A stretch of DNA of 64,000 nt, taken from the NCBI GenBank assembly GCA_963766305.1, contig CAVYAE010000016.1, positions 132,592 to 196,591 on the forward strand. The letters are read 5' to 3'. Below are positions 62,805-64,000 of this stretch, one piece after another. This DNA comes from an uncultured Bacteroidota bacterium. GTDB lineage: Bacteria > Bacteroidota > Bacteroidia > Bacteroidales > JAAUTT01. How positions within the stretch are numbered: position 1 is the first letter of the stretch; the number at the start of each line of letters is the position of its first letter. The notes below the pieces were generated by a model. That model made no database searches. It saw only the letters and a list, made by a program, of their open reading frames with translations, and was not told where the DNA came from. The position numbers and the translations under genes are program-made.

Positions 62805-63848
62805 TTATTTTATAAAATATTTGTTGTTTTTATTAATCCTTAAATTTTTGGTTGAATCTGAATGAGTAGTATCTATAGGACTTATTTGTGAATAGTCAAC
62901 ATTCATCAATGCAAGATATCCGTCTCCGTTCGTACCTAAAGCAATTTTTGTCTGATCAAAAATAGTACCATTGGAATCTAACTGAATATTACCAAGTCCA
63001 AAAGGAAATAAATTTATATCAATTGCGACCGAATCATTAACGTTAACAATTGAAGATTGTAAAACTGGTGGTGATTGTGTAATATTATTCAAAAGTGAAT
63101 ATGCAATGGAAACATTACCTGTATTTTTAAGGTACAAGGCCGGAGATGAATTACAATTATATAAATTCATAAAACCCGAAGTATAGCCGGCACCTTCTGC
63201 ACCATTTGGTTTTAACAGGTTAATTTCAGAATTTCCCTGAGACAAAGTTATATTCATTACCTTTGCAAATACGTTAATTTTGGCAATATACTTAAGGTTA
63301 ATACTATCCTTACCATTGGAAGTATTTCCGGTAATAGTTATATGGCAGGTGTTATTTCCCATTGGAAGCAATCCGGTGTAACCAACCCCATTAATCCTTA
63401 TTCCATGAATAACATCCAGTTCAATAACCTGAATTAAAGATGAAGTACTGTTGACAATACCAACAGCAGGTAAATTGGCAATAATAGAAGGAGTAATATT
63501 AAAATTAATATTATCACTGCTTATAGAAACATTGGTAATGTTGGTCTGGCCTGCATTAGCGAGAATAAAATAAAAAGATCTGCTGGATTTTATTGTATCT
63601 AATACAAAACTGGTTGAATCGGTTGATGGATTTACATTTGCAGATTTTAGATTATTTAACATAGAAAAAGCAAATTTACCTGAAGTATTAATTGACTGGG
63701 TATTTCCTTCCTCCGATTTTTTACAGCTAAACGCCAAAAAAGTAATTAAAATAAAATGGCAGATAGTATTTATCCGAAAATAATTTATTATTGTGCGAGG
63801 ATGGAATTTGGATTCAATAGCTAAATCATTAGGTGATGCTGGTTTCAT
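62805..63848 (-). CDS. Lipoprotein of unknown function, beta-rich and Asn/Ser/Thr-rich
   Basis: 347 aa. A lipobox-like LAFSC follows a long N-region. I recognise no family. Confidence 0.45.
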   Translation of the reverse strand: MKPASPNDLAIESKFHPRTIINYFRINTICHFILITFLAFSCKKSEEGNTQSINTSGKFAFSMLNNLKSANVNPSTDSTSFVLDTIKSSRSFYFILANAGQTNITNVSISSDNINFNITPSIIANLPAVGIVNSTSSLIQVIELDVIHGIRINGVGYTGLLPMGNNTCHITITGNTSNGKDSINLKYIAKINVFAKVMNITLSQGNSEINLLKPNGAEGAGYTSGFMNLYNCNSSPALYLKNTGNVSIAYSLLNNITQSPPVLQSSIVNVNDSVAIDINLFPFGLGNIQLDSNGTIFDQTKIALGTNGDGYLALMNVDYSQISPIDTTHSDSTKNLRINKNNKYFIK

Positions 63849-64000
63849 AATTTGTAATATAAGGTTCGAATTTGTATGGATTTATTAAACACAAATTTAA
63901 AATTAAATTATTCATTCTTAAAAGTCTTTAACCAAAATATATTAAGTATTTGTTATATTTATGAGGACATTAAATCTGCTTTAAATACTTGCAGACCTTA

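Noticed and set aside
63960-64000. Possible 3' end of a minus-strand gene entering from the right edge (…KVCKYLKQI-stop near 63971)
   Set aside because: Only about nine codons lie inside the window, which is far too little to support a call.

Overview
This is an AT-rich segment (roughly one third G+C by eye), densely coded on both strands. It reads like core chromosome of a member of the Bacteroidota. Supporting markers are a T9SS C-terminal sorting domain, a TonB-dependent receptor, an archaeal-type ProRS, a long NusB, the conserved nusB-DUF1573-yajC-YbbR-coaE block, and DUF349/pyrG/yidC synteny. I can support about 55 protein-coding genes. Most are housekeeping: nspC, nth, tilS, a peroxiredoxin, proS, pfk, dapA, coaE, yajC, nusB, pyrG, yidC, guaA, rnz and rpsA. 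There is also a nucleotide-sugar block (ugd, uxs, rfbA, rfbC, rfbD, phospho-sugar mutase). The remainder are envelope, transport and signalling genes. I found no rRNA, tRNA, CRISPR array, transposase, integrase, phage or recognisable defence genes, so this is not an obvious accessory island. Seven things deserve a second look. (1) Four ORF-level lesions: single-base frameshifts in essential rpsA and in a GH89 alpha-N-acetylglucosaminidase, an in-frame TAA in a small secreted ORF, and an Omp85-like gene whose encoded signal peptide has no ATG/GTG/TTG start. (2) A phased 78-bp tandem repeat with an internal hairpin between rfbC and rfbD. It is related to a repeat and heptanucleotide microsatellite directly upstream of nspC. 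(3) A lipoprotein with an extreme Gly/Tyr/Trp heptad-repeat core, paired with a FadL/PorV-like outer-membrane barrel. (4) A SiaB/SiaC-like kinase and phospho-acceptor pair with no adjacent phosphatase or output enzyme. (5) Three adjacent exported proteins of unknown function. (6) An orphan terminator-like hairpin and an AT-only palindrome in a 287-bp convergent intergenic gap. (7) A 230-bp non-coding stretch with two perfect palindromes in another convergent gap. All family assignments come from motif recognition by eye, not from database searches.
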